64,000 bases of DNA. Source: Orbicella franksi (Eukaryota). The position numbers and the translations under genes are program-made. The notes beneath the pieces are model-generated. The model had not been told where the DNA came from and ran no database searches. It worked only from the letters and a program-made list of their open reading frames with translations. How positions within the stretch are numbered: position 1 is the first letter of the stretch; each line of letters starts with the position of its first letter. Location: assembly GCA_964199315.1 (NCBI GenBank), contig OZ116698.1, positions 10,540,001 to 10,604,000 of the forward strand, written 5' to 3'. Below, piece after piece: positions 1-11,760 of this stretch.

Positions 1-275
1 AGTGCTTTCATTTTAAGTTCGCTGTGCTTTTCCATTGTCATTAGTTTGGTACTACAACACTTGATTGAAAGGTGCTCCATATATATATAAAAATGTTATT
101 TAAAAGTTTAATTCTGTCTTCATGTTTTCCTATTTAATTGGAATCTAACAACCCCCAATCCCTTTTTTTTTAGTCAAAAAGATTCTGTCGCCGTAAAAAA
201 ATTCTTCGGCTTATGTTTGGCACCGTTAACTACAAGCCTAACATTGATCTCATTTTAACGAGTACTTTATTACAG

Positions 276-3200
276 ATGAAATCCAGTATTGTGAAACAGA
301 TATCGGCCATACGAGTGGAGACTGTGGAGAGGGTACAACAGACGTCAAACGTTATAGCAGAAGCGACGTCTGTCATTGGCGAGGTTACTGTTGAAGCTCA
401 GGTTTGTCTTTCTACCCTTATTTTCGTGTTTATTACCTTTTTTCTTATTGCTATAATGTTAATTGTGTGAACTGCTGGATTTACGAATCTATCAAGTACG
501 TTTTTCACCTTTTAACGGAAAACCACCTGTGACACACCACGTGTTGAGCAGTAAAGGCTGCGTTAGTCAAAACATTCAGTCGATTCTTCTCTCGAGGGTG
601 AAATCGTCCCTTGGAGTCAACTGAAAATGACGTCGTTAAAAGGTGACCTCCACTTCGTCGAAGCTATCTTCCATAACAAACAAAGGTGCTAACTGAAATT
701 CGTGTGGTGCATGACATTTAGAGACTCGAAGCTCACTGAGGGAGTCAGCCAACCTTTAACAGAGGGCGTTTCTTTCGTCCACGTAATTTGTTCCAGGACT
801 GACTGGACTGAACACTTCCATGATAATTCATTTTCAGAAAGCGGCGACAGATGCCCTCCAGTCGATGACCGAAGTATTGAAAAAGGAGTCTTCAGCAGGG
901 ATAAGTTACGAGGCACTATTTGATGGCGCGAGGAGTCTGGCTTCTGGTCTAGGTAGCGTTCTCAGGGTGTCATCATACATGGCCAGATCATACGCCATAA
1001 TTGACAGTCAGGTCGGTGGCCAGGATTCTTCCAATTTATACCGAAGGCGAAGGAGCTTCGTGGAATCGATACTTTCGTTTGTAGGTTTGAAAGCCCTCCA
1101 AAGACTGAAAAGAGATGCTGCAAAGGATCAGTTAGAAGCCAAAAGAGCGGTAAAGAAATGCTAAGTTTAAAATTTCTGCTAATGTAGTAAGAAACGTATG
1201 AAACCAAGAATAAGGGGCAAATGATGTAAAGAAACATGAGCGACCTTCAAACGTGGCGAACCATTGAATTGGAAGCGAAGGGCTGATGGGAGGGCGAAGC
1301 AAGAAACTAAAGTATGATGGTAAAATGTACATGTAATGCTGGAAAAAAGAGAAAGCCAGTTCCTTTTAGGGAAATGCTTTGTTGAGCTTAAGTATAGGGA
1401 GGCGCGTTGGCCTCGTGGTTAGTGCGCTCGTCTCCGGATCGAGCGGTCCGGGTTCGAGCCCTGGCAGGGAATACTGCGTTGTGTTTTTGGGCAAGACACT
1501 TTATTCTCACAGTGCCTCTCTCCACCCAGGTGTATAAATGGGTACCGGGAAACTTAATGTTGCGGGATAACCCTGCGATGGACTAGCATTCCATCCAAGG
1601 GGGAATAGAAATACTCCTGGTCACTCCATGCTACGGAAACCGGGTTAAGCTCCGGCCTGATGAGCCATCTAGCTCGTATGCAGACTTTATCTTGAGTGTA
1701 AATATCGCAACTTTGGAAGCATTGTAAATGGTTTGAACCCAGGAGTATCAGTAGTTCGTATAGTGTGATCGTCCGGGTGAGGGTAGTTCTGAAAAGAACT
1801 GTTGTTGGTGACTGACGTTTCGACAACCTGAGCGGAAGTCATCTTCAGAGTCAAGTGAATAGTTTTTGTCAGTCGATGATATTATAAGTCTGGTCCTTTG
1901 AACATGATTGTCCAGTTTAGCCGTGATGGTATTGGCTGAAAGACTCGTGTAAAGTTTGTCATCAGTCATTTGTGAGTTTCGATCCGTCTTATTGTTAGTC
2001 AAATTGGTGGGTTTTTGCTCCGTCTATTGTTGGTCAAATTAAGTCGGTCTGTTGGAAGTCCGTTTGTCGGTTTCGTTTCCGTCATGGATAAGTCGTTTGT
2101 AAGGCGCCGGTAGTTGTTGACATCTGTTAAGTGGCGTTTGTTCTAGGTTAGTGTACCAGCTTTCCAGAGTCAGTCGTTGAAAATAGTTTGTACTGTAGGT
2201 TAAGCACTGAGCAGAGTCCCAGTCAATGTTGTGGTTTGTCAGTTGATGATGTACAGCAATGTGATTGTTGGCATCACCATTTCTCGTGGCTCGTTTGTGT
2301 TCAGTCAGTCTCGTGTTAAAGTTTCTGCCAGTCTCACCAATGCAGGAAGCCTGGCAGTCGACAAAAACTATTCACTTGACTCTGAAGATGACTTCCGCTC
2401 AGGTTGTCGAAACGTCAGTCACCAACAACAGTTCTTTTCAGAACTACCCTCACCCGGACGATCACACTATACGAACTTTGGAAGCATTATTTGACTGAAG
2501 AGGGTTTCAAGCCATTTTCTGTCAAACAGCACCATTGCATGCTCTTTTCTACTTATGATGTCCGTTTTTAATTCACTAAGTTTGATCCAGTTTGTAAATG
2601 GAGATCTAACGAACAGTAACATCAGCAGAGGTAGCCAAATTTGTGAAGCCGAACACGTTTCTCAGTGGAACTTAATTGTTATGCCTTATTAAGTTAATGT
2701 TATCTAATTTGTAGTCTAAAGCAAGAGCTATTGGTATCCTAAATTCACTGGAGGAGGTCGGAAGCACGATCTTATCCCAAACCCTTGTCGGTGAGGAGCC
2801 GACTGAGCTATTAGCCCAGGCGGTGTCATTACTCGTGTCCAGAGAGGAGCCGGACTTACTCGCTGGTTCTGTTATGTCAACTGGCAAAGGAAGCAGTTTC
2901 ACTCTTCCTTCCGTTCCCAGCTTGTTTGATAATGGTACGCAGTTTGTGGATAGCAAGGTAGGCGAGAACTAGTGGATATGTAATATATCAAACATGAAAG
3001 ACCGTGTTCCACCATCCATATTTTCAGGCAAATTCCGAGAATAGCGTTGAAAATACGACGCGTAGCGAAATAGTTTTTACGAACTTAGAGGTATTTGAAA
3101 ATCAGTGAGGTCAAACACTGTCCTGAGTATTTCATATATCTAAGACTAAGGAGAAAAATTGTAAAAATTTACGCTACACGTAAATAACTGGATCAGATAT

Positions 3201-6200
3201 CCAAACACCGTCACGGTCATAATTCTCTTTGTTTAAGCCTGATGAATTATTAATGAGTTTCAGAACTTACATCAATATATAGAAACCTCGCATGTACGTG
3301 CCACATTGCCATTGTCCCATTTTAATCATTACAGCAACATTGTTTGTGGACAGCCAGGCAGGAGGAAACAAATGCCAAGTGTTACTTTTTTCACGAGATG
3401 ATAGATACCATTACCCCAATCATCAAGCAAAAGTTTATAGTTTGCAGATTATTGCTTCTATGGAAATCGAGTCCATCCCCGCCAGAATGTTCCATGATGT
3501 TAATACTAAATATTTGTAAGTTACGGATGACAGATAACAAAGGCTTCCTGACCAGTTACGGGAAATTATAATCTGGAATATTATTAGGGTAGGGTCGTAC
3601 AATAACTCTTAGAACGAGAGACGCCCCTTTAGAAGATTATGAACAAAGCCCATTGCTGAACTGCCTGATGTCACATCGGAAAACTTACCACTCATAGTTT
3701 TCTATTCTCTGCTCATGGCAGATCGTAACAACTAGCTTCGTGCCTTTCACGTGGGACCCCTCGGGAGCGCGAGTGACCACAGGAGTGTCAAGCCTTGAGC
3801 TAAAGAATAGCACTGGACATCTTTTGAAAATCACAAAACTGGAATCTCTGATAACTATCAAGCTTCCTTATGCTCACGATTTAACACACAGTTCCCAATC
3901 TCATTACGTTGGAGCCAGTAATACAGTTTTTTACAAGATCAATGTAACGCATTCAGGCATGGCTCTGATACTAAAGGTGCGTCCAGAAAACAACGTAACA
4001 GAGTTCTTGGTGTCAGTTAAATACGGGCAACGTCCGTCTCTAAGCAACAGTGACATCAACGCTACTGTTCCCAATTTTTCATCCTGCGTTAGGTCTTCAT
4101 CTGGTTACGTCAATTGTTCACGTGATCCTTACGTAGTGTTTGTTAGTAATGAGCTTGTCAGCCGGATAGGGTGTTACTTCATTGGGATAAAAATCAAGCC
4201 TAGGAGTGGGTCCAGGAAAAGGAGGTGCTCAGGAGAAGGGCGCTCAAAACGATCATGCGTACAATACAAGGAAGCCCCTGTAGCGGATGCCCCTAATATG
4301 GCACATTCCATTCATGCACCCAAGTACAGCAGAGGAGATGTAATTTACACCATGCAAGCGTTTCCAGCTGCTTGTCTTTACTGGAGTACAGCCGTGTCAA
4401 AATGGACAACTGAAGGATGTCAGGTAACATAAAGGATGGACTTGGGATGACTTCTGTTTTAAATCTTTGTAGCGTAATTGGGTCGTGCGGTTTTCAATCG
4501 AGTGTCGTAAAACCAAAAGCAAACCAAAAGTAAAAGTAATTGCATTATTACTTTCCACATTCAATCGAAAATCGCTCTCAGCACAAAGAGGCTAACGTAT
4601 TACCGCTATATTCAGTTGTAGATTGCTGAGATGTTTCTTTGGTGCCGCGCGGACTATTTTTGTCTCTAAGACGGCACAAAAGCTTTAGTCAAATTGAAGT
4701 CATTACTCAAGTGAGTCAATCGTCGGCTCGATTCAATTGTATGATTGTCAGGTTTATCTCCACGCTTGAGGAAAAAAGTATTGCTAGTGCACGTTTAGAG
4801 TGTTGTTATACTTGAGTACGAACATTACTTCGTTTCCTCAGTTTATTGAATGAGAAGCAATAAAAAGCAAGGGAAAAATAACCGTGTGGAACCTTCCCAA
4901 AAGTTTTTGCTCGGTCATTTTTCCCCTCGCTTCCACTACGATTTTCGCTGAGGGAACTTAAAAAAGAAAGTTCCTAGTCTCAATATCTTAATGTTGTCAG
5001 TAAATTCTAGCACTGTAAGTGTCTTTAAAGTCCTTTTCTTGAACCAATTTTACTGTCCAACAGGTAGCTGAGACGACAACACTGGATACGATCCACTGCC
5101 TGTGTAGTCATCTGACTTCATTTGGGGGTCAGCTCTTTGTGGCGCCGAATCCAATAGATTTCGATAAAGTTTTCACTGAATTTGATCGCCTCCCAGAGAC
5201 TGGGAATGTAGCTGTTATAATAGCTGTGAGCTGTGTATTTGGACTTTATCTGCTGCTACTGGTGTGGGCTCGGAAAGCTGACATGCAGGATGCTTTGAAG
5301 GTAGGTATTGTCTCGTTTACAGGAATGAATGTGTTCGTCTCGTTCACAGGAATGAATGCTTCTTCTTCTGAATACAAAAGAGACATCCATTTCTATAAAC
5401 GCATTCATTCCTGATTATTTCTCCTCTTTCCAGAAGAAGTAGCCATTCCAAACAAACTTGTTTGCTTGTCTTTTTTTACTTTTAGATCGGAGATAAGCCA
5501 TTTATAGGCTCCCTATCGCCTTGGTGCTATCGATACGAGATTCAACTATCCACAGGCATTTGGGCCAACTCGGGCACGAGTGCTAACGTGTTTATCGTTC
5601 TGGAAGGCGAATCAGGTTCTAGTAGACCTTATCAGTTGAAGGGTGGCTCAATCATTCCATTCGCAAGAGGAAGCATCACATCGTTTACTCTCTCGCTCTA
5701 CAACAATATTGGCCCCTTACGACGTGTGCGCGTATGGCACGACAACTCCGGCAAAAGCCCTTCGTGGTTCCTAAACACTATCAAGATTTATGACGCGTGC
5801 ACTCAGGAGGTTAAGACATTCATGTGCTTCACGTGGCTGGCTGTGGAGAAAGGCGATGGATTAGTCGATCGCACCCTCACGTCAGCCTCAACTGACTTAA
5901 AACGAATGATGTCTAAGGCGTCGTTTCAGAACAGGTTAGCCGAAGAATTCGGTAATGGGCATCTGTGGTTTTCAGTGGCGACCAGACCTCCGAGGAAACG
6001 CTTCACGCGCGTCCAACGACTATCTTGTTGTCTATCACTTCTGTTAACCACTATGCTAGCGAGTGCCATGTTTTATGAGTTCGTCCCAGGGCATGATCAG
6101 AATCAAGGCTCCCTTAGGTTGGGTCGTCTTGTTCTTAATCTCCGACAGTTGGTCATTGCGGTAGAGAGCCTTCTTGTAGTCATACCCGTAAATCTGTTGA

Positions 6201-9200
6201 TAGTAGGAATCTTTTGCCGCGTGAAATCAGAGAACGACATGCGTCAACGGAGGTACAGCGTAAACAAACATCTCAGTATTCATGCGGTCACGAAGAAAAC
6301 TCAGCTGCGGAAAGGATATAAACTGGTTCTGCCTCATTGCTTCGTTTATCTCGCGTGGCTTCTGTGCTTTCTATCGTCGGCGGTGTCCGCAACTTTCATT
6401 GTCTTCTACAGTTTACAATGGGGTAAAGATATAAGCGAGGAGTGGCTGATCTCCATTGTGATCTCTACGTTTATGGACATATTTGTTTCTGAACCTTTGA
6501 AGATCGTCGTCGTAGCATTTTTGGTCTCATACTTTTGCAAGTCAGACTTTGACGAAATCGCTGACACGCCCAGCGCGATCTTAAATTTTAACGACATCAG
6601 CAACACGACCGAAAGAGAAGAAGTCGATAACGAAGAAGAGATTGCCTTGCCAGAGCCTCCGAGCAAGCGGGAGTTACGCAGTGCGAGGGCATATCGTATG
6701 AGGGAGATGCGCATGTATCGCGCTATACGGAAGATAGTAAGTTATCTTGTGTATTTGTGGATTCTGATGATCATCTGCTATGGAGGCCGCAGTCAGGACA
6801 GTTTCTCTCTGACTACATCACTGCACAAAACATTTGGAGAGCTTAGCCAGGTATGTGATGTAAGTAAGCTTCATTCATGCAGTTCATCTCTTCGAACCCG
6901 GTCTCCAAGGATAAGAACAGGTACGGGAAGTAATAAGAGACCTGCAACTCGTTTCTTAAAAGCCCCCAGAACTTTTCGATATTCGGGCCCGCAAAGCCAT
7001 TTTTAGTTAATCTGTATTCAAAAACAGAGAGTTGTATACGCCTGAGACTTCTTTGAAGGGAACCGCTGTTCATATCAAGAATATGTGAATAAAGCAGCTC
7101 TGTAATCATTAGGTCTGAGATTTTGCTACGGCTTTCCGGGTGCAAAAACTTTTCGAAACCTTCGAGAAACGAACCCCAGGTTTCCAAGGATGGCAACAGG
7201 TACAGGAAGTAATAAGAGACTTGCTTTGTTGTCATTACAGCGCGTGCATCTGAAAAATCTACTGAACTGAGCGCACGTCTGTCCAATTTGCGCAAAATTA
7301 ACACTGGAGGAGCAAACGTAATACGGTAACAAGGGTACGAAAAAATCATAAGGTGAACTGTGGGTGAATAGATTTTCACAGGCATACAGCAACTATGAAG
7401 GTCTTATAATTAAATAAATGAAAGCTTAATTAAGGTTTCGAGAATAACTGTCATCGAGTTCTTCGAGTTCTTCTTGAAAATTTACTGAATCGTAATATAT
7501 TGGAGCTTTTAGCAAACTGCTACATTACCCTACCACACTGTTATTTCGCGTTCAGCTCAAAACTTGGGTCAACTCATTCCGAGGAAGACTTTCGCAATTG
7601 TATGGTTACTTTGCTAGTATGATAACTGACACACTGACACTCATATAACCAAAAAAACAAGCTCTCTAATGGCAGACTGCTGCATTACCCTAACATCCTT
7701 ATTTTGGCGTACAGCTCGGGTTGACTCATACGGGCGTGTTTAAAACACGAAATGGCACTATGGTTAGCCTGAATACCGCTCAGGTTAGCCTTAATAGCGC
7801 TGGGGTTAGTCTTTACATCATTAATGTGAAGGTGGTTAACCCTTAATAATTGTATGGGTTAACTGTATCTCATATTGTCAAGTGCCCTTTCGCCATTTCG
7901 CCATTTCGTGTTTTAAACACACCCAACTATACAGTGGGAGACTTTCCACGTTGTATGGTTACTCTACCAGCATGAGATCCGACACGCACACAAAAAGCCC
8001 ATTTAACTTACAGTTGTTTTATAGCAGTCTCCCCGCTGGTTTGTTCTTCCAGATTTCTTCGCATAAGACAATGTGGGATTGGATACTAAATATACTTATA
8101 CCTGGAATCTATGAGGACAGAAAAGATGTGGCGCTGTCGAACTCCACTCCGTACATTGGTGATGGTGAAGCGGTGCTTGTCGGGATGCCCCGTCTTAGGC
8201 AGCTTCGGGTTAAAGACGGTGCGACAGCAGATTTTGTTGAAAATGATAGAATGTTTCTGCTTTTAAAATAACCATTAATTGAAGGCAAAGACACTGCGGT
8301 TGTCAAATTCAGTATTAGTGGGACAATCATATCTGTGGTTCAGGCAATAGAAAGTTATTGTGGTAGCGGCCGTTGATCTTTAACAAGCGCATCAATGGAA
8401 AAAAAGTCATAGTCAAGTGCTTTATTTACTAAAATGCAGAAATGACTTTACAAACATAATCTACGTCCCAATCAGCTTACAACGTTATTCATTTTAATTA
8501 ATTTGAAGTAAACGAACGTCCCGACTTTTAAACCGTCTGGTTATTTTTGTTTTGTTGGTTTGTTGGTTGTTGTTTTTTCTTTTTGATAAGCCTTAAAGAA
8601 TTATAAATACTAAAGCAGAACACTTCACCAAGCATATATAAGGTGTAAAATTGGGTGACCTCGAAGCTAGTGTCCAATGTCTTGGACAAGATTCTTCACG
8701 TGCAGCAATCCATCTGGGTGTATAAATAACTAGTGCTGAATTGTTGAACAGATTTTATTAAACGGTGGGTGTACAAGATGCTATCAATATACTAATCTTG
8801 CTATGATTGATGGCTTGATAATTGGAGTTTATAAAGTGATAGGTCTCAGAATTGGATCAGAATTGGATCAGAATTGCCTTGTTTTCATGAATTCAAATTT
8901 GCCTCTATTCAGCTGATCACTGACTTGGTTGGCATAGTAACTGTCGTCTTTTCTTTGGCCATAGCAATTTTTTTTTCTCTTTAGCTGAGCTTTTCGTTAA
9001 CTCGCCATTTGTGCTTTTTTGTTTTCTTTAGATTCATGTGAAGTCGAAGAGGTAGCTAACACCCTATTCAACTCCTGCATAACACTATATTCATACATCA
9101 CCGAAGATAAAACGAAGTTCTACTTACCAAGATGGCGCCCGTTCCCAGCATCACAGAACATATCAGCTGAAGCGTTGAACAAGGTCTGCCCCAAGCCCTG

Positions 9201-10680
9201 GCGTTACTCTACAGCCGAGCAAACCCAAAGTCTTCCTATATGGGGAAGAATTTCCTCAATATATGGTCAGGGTGGTTACTTGGCAGAACTTGGCTACGAA
9301 AAAAACTCTGCGTCGAAAGTCATTTCTGAGTTGAACCAGTTTAACTGGCTTGACCGATTTACCAGTGCTGTGTTGGTTGAATTCACAGTTTTCAACTCTC
9401 GCGTAAGTCTCTTCAGCGCAGTTTGGATCCCGGTCGAGTTTTCACCAAGTGGTCACGTGGTTTCAAGTCACGTGATTCGTACCATTCACGTGTACAACGT
9501 TGGAGCTGGCTACAGTGCTGCTCTTCTTGTCTGTCAAATTATGCTGGTGCTGTTTATTATATACTTCATCTACAAGGAAACAAAGCAGATGGTTCAAAGT
9601 CGTAAGCTCTACTTCCTGCAGTTTCTCAACTGGGTTGAACTGGCCCAAATCCTGTCAGCTATTGCTTTTGTAGTCATCCACATCCTCAAAGAGATAGAAC
9701 TCTTCGCCAACACTGCAAAACTTCACGAGAATATTTTTCAGTTCATAAGCTTCGACAGAGAAGTACTCCTAGATGACATAGAGACGGCGTTACTGGCTTT
9801 GCTGATGTTCTTCAACACCTTAAAGTTACTGTATCTGTTTAGGTTCAACAATCATGTGAACCATCTGTCAGATGTAATGAAAGCATCCGCCCTGGAGCTT
9901 TTGAACTGCTCACTGGGATTTTTCGTGTTCTTGTTTGCTTTCAGTCATTTCGGATTTCTCCAGTTTGGAATGGAGCTGCAGGATTACTCTTCTCCAATAA
10001 ACTCTATCCAGTCTCTTCTCATTCAGGGAGTTGTGAGTGACAGAGCTGCACATCTTCAGGATTGTCATGCCATCATTGGTCCACTGTTCTTCATCGTTTT
10101 CAACATTTGTCTACAAGTGATCTGGATAAATATTTTCATCGCCATTCTAATTTATGATCACCAAACTGCTAAACGAGTCCCCAAAGCCAGATTCAACCTG
10201 GGACGCTTTATGATGGTGAAAATGAGAGAGCTTTTGAACTGCGGGGGAGACACGCCAAAGAGGCCAGAGAAAGAGGGAAGCATTAGAAAGAAACGAGTAT
10301 CATGGAAACTTCACGACGACAACAACAACAACAACGACAACAACAACAACAGCAACAACAACAACAAGGGAAATAAAAAGAGAAAGCCAAGATCCCAGAA
10401 AAAGTTGGCGGAAGTGAAGCCCGACCTAGTGAGCGAGTTAGAGAAACGGATGGCGCGAATAAATGATAGTTTGAATGACCTCTACGTTGACGAGTTCAGG
10501 GGGGATATCGACGTTTTGAGCATATGGCTCGATGCTCGTGCGCGAGGAAGGAAGGAGAGGGCTAATACCCACTCGGTGGAGGAAGGCTCACGAGTAGTCA
10601 AAGATGAAGGTCGAGGATTGTTTCCAGTGCCTCAGCATGCTCAGGGATTGAAGTCGACAAGTGTCGAGAGAGGCGTATAG
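276..10680 (+). CDS. Polycystin-1-like (PKD1L/REJ family) protein, paralogue A; 5' end lies outside the window
   Basis: GT-AG exons with consistent phases: 276-401, 838-1149, 2715-2957, 3722-4423, 5064-5300, 5486-6850, 8053-8218, 9032-10680 (TAG). The GPS motif spans a splice junction (CLYW..KWTTEGC|..CLCSHLTSF). It is followed by TM1, a PLAT domain (GTSANVFIVLEG..VRVWHDNSGKSPSWFL), RVQRLSCC, further TM segments, a TOP/polycystin channel domain (LGMPRLRQLRV-like, WLDRFTSAVLVEFTVFN) and a C-terminal coiled coil. Every exon has a counterpart in paralogue B. Confidence 0.93.
1397..1693 (+). mobile_element. tRNA-derived SINE (family 1), apparently full length
   Basis: Pol III A box TGGCCTCGTGG and B box GGTTCGAGCC. 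A central TTGGGCAAGACACT..TGTATAAATGGG segment resembles CORE/V-type SINE domains, followed by a CCCTGCGATGGACTAGCAT block and a short tail. It does not fold into a complete tRNA. Confidence 0.8.
1809..1853 (-). ncRNA. Minimal type I hammerhead ribozyme motif (Penelope pLTR copy 1)
   Basis: Exact reverse complement of the 2377-2421 motif. Confidence 0.75.
2377..2421 (+). ncRNA. Minimal type I hammerhead ribozyme motif (Penelope pLTR copy 2)
   Basis: TGACT-CTGAAGA-T-GAC(ttccgctcaggtt)GTC-GAAA-C-GTC-AGTCA. Stem I is TGACT/AGTCA, the core is CUGANGA and GAAA, stem II is GAC/GTC, and stem III is the loopless palindrome ACGT. Predicted cleavage is after C2416. Confidence 0.75.
2980..3266 (+). repeat. 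Interspersed non-coding repeat; second copy at 24795-25018 in opposite orientation
   Basis: Shares AATATATCAAACA.GAAAGAC, GTTGAAAATACGA, GATCAGATATCCAAACACCGTC and GATGAATTATTAATGAGTTT blocks with the reverse complement of 24795-25018. Confidence 0.75.
4487..4578. mobile_element. Internally deleted MITE-like element
   Basis: Imperfect terminal inverted repeats GCGGTTTTCAATCGAGTG / CATTCAATCGAAAATCGC around about 55 bp of filler. Confidence 0.5.
6943..7178. mobile_element. MITE-like element in a paralogue A intron
   Basis: Degenerate terminal inverted repeats CGTTTCTTAAAAG / CTTCGAGAAACG with AACTTTTCG sub-terminal motifs. No coding capacity. Confidence 0.55.
7732..7924. mobile_element. MITE with 25-bp terminal inverted repeats
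   Basis: GGGCGTGTTTAAAACACGAAATGGC versus GCCATTTCGTGTTTTAAACACACCC (one mismatch). The interior carries repeated GGTTA(G/A)C motifs. Confidence 0.75.
10312..10367 (+). repeat. Coding (GAC/AAC)n tract giving poly-Asp/Asn in the paralogue A cytoplasmic tail
   Basis: Translates HDDNNNNNDNNNNSNNNNK. Absent from paralogue B. Confidence 0.9.
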
Positions 10681-11473
10681 TTTCTTAGACTGCCTTAAAT
10701 GAAACTCGGAATTTAAAAAAGCTAATGGTGTGGAGCAGAAATTAAAAAAAAGAAAAAAACGAAACCGATGTCAGAGCCAATTTTGTTATAAATGGCTGAA
10801 TGTTCCTCTAAAGAAATCATAAGCAAAAACGTAACAAAAAAACAACATTACTAGATACAATTACACTCGGAGACATGCACGTTCTAAGTGCTTTTCTGTA
10901 AATGAAGTTACGCTTGCTTGTGTATTTCAGTTGTTTACCCTCACTAAGGCTACTTGCATACGCAAGTGCCGTTTTCATATGGTTCTCCACATTACCACTT
11001 TTTTGCACACTTCTACGTACAATAACGATGAAAAACACCGTTAGGGACGGACCTTTATCTTTTTGAGTGAGGCTTGTTCTTTCACAGCAAAAGCGGCTGA
11101 AAAAAAATCGTGTAAGGGAAGACATGGGGAAAAATATTCGAGAAAGTGCTTTCTACTACCAAGGCCCCGTTTTTGATGTTACAAAAAATCTTACACAAGT
11201 TATTGCCCACCAAAGAAATCATGCGTAACCTACGGAAGAGAAGAAAAATTCATGCCCCAGAGGATAGCCAACCCCAACCCCCGCACCCCCTATCTCCGCC
11301 TCGTCAAAAAATAATGGTCCGTCCCTTATTTTAGCTACTCCGATTTGGATATCACGAAGCATGTTCTCTTGCGTCACTGTTATCCATCGTTTCTATGTAG
11401 ACTATAGGCAAAGTGCGTTAGAGACATTCGTTTTCGAACAGGCTTGCGTTTCTCAATGAAAACGCGTTGCTGT

Positions 11474-11657
11474 GACCCAGAGCCTTCTCCGCTGAACATA
11501 TTGTGGTTTAACCCGCCCTTCAATGTTATCTTTTTAGTTGCAACAAAAGCAGTATTGCAATACCTCGTTAAAAATACCTTTGGCAATCCATATTTGTGCC
11601 AAGAGCCCGCGGCCAATCCAGCGGGCATAGAGAACCGAAGGGCTCTGGGGACGAGAT
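11474..11657. mobile_element. MITE remnant upstream of paralogue B
   Basis: Inverted ends CCCAGAGCC / GGCTCTGGG(GACGAGAT). Confidence 0.45.
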
Positions 11658-11669
11658 CAAATTTTCTTC

Positions 11670-11760
11670 AGAATTTTCCCGCCATTTTCCCGCGGCCTTT
11701 GCAGGAAAGAGGAATTTTTGGGGAAGAGAAATGTGTATTATTCGGCAGGTTTTACAGGTA
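11670..11760 (+). promoter_or_regulatory. Putative promoter and non-coding first exon of paralogue B
   Basis: Two tandem TTTTCCCGC(C/G) E2F-type motifs (11674-11694), then a strong donor CAG|GTAAGG at 11757/11758. A matching acceptor TAACAG ends at 12156, upstream of the signal-peptide ATG. Confidence 0.4.

Larger units (their letters stand above)
1724..2473 (-). mobile_element. 5'-truncated Penelope-like retroelement with inverted pseudo-LTR copy
   Basis: The minus-strand frame 2359-2039 is open and reads DCQASCIGETGRNFNTRLTEHKR..IDWDS..RLTLESWYTNLEQTPLNRCQQLPAPYKRLIHD, the C-terminal part of a GIY-YIG endonuclease. There is a perfect 118-bp inverted repeat (1753-1870 / 2360-2477). A 15-bp direct repeat AACTTTGGAAGCATT flanks the element (1709-1723, 2474-2488). 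Confidence 0.9.

Noticed and set aside
1397-1470. tRNA genes at the SINE heads (also 31815-31888)
   Set aside because: A and B boxes are present, but there is no complete cloverleaf or acceptor stem, and both continue into SINE bodies.
1630-1675. GAAAC...CTGATGAG in the SINE tail as a hammerhead ribozyme
   Set aside because: Only one hairpin separates the two core strands. There is no UH cleavage triplet and no stem I in any permutation.
1748-2494. ORFs 1748-2002(-) and 2231-2494(+) sharing an identical peptide
   Set aside because: The identity simply reflects the 118-bp inverted repeat. The meaningful frame is the GIY-YIG remnant.
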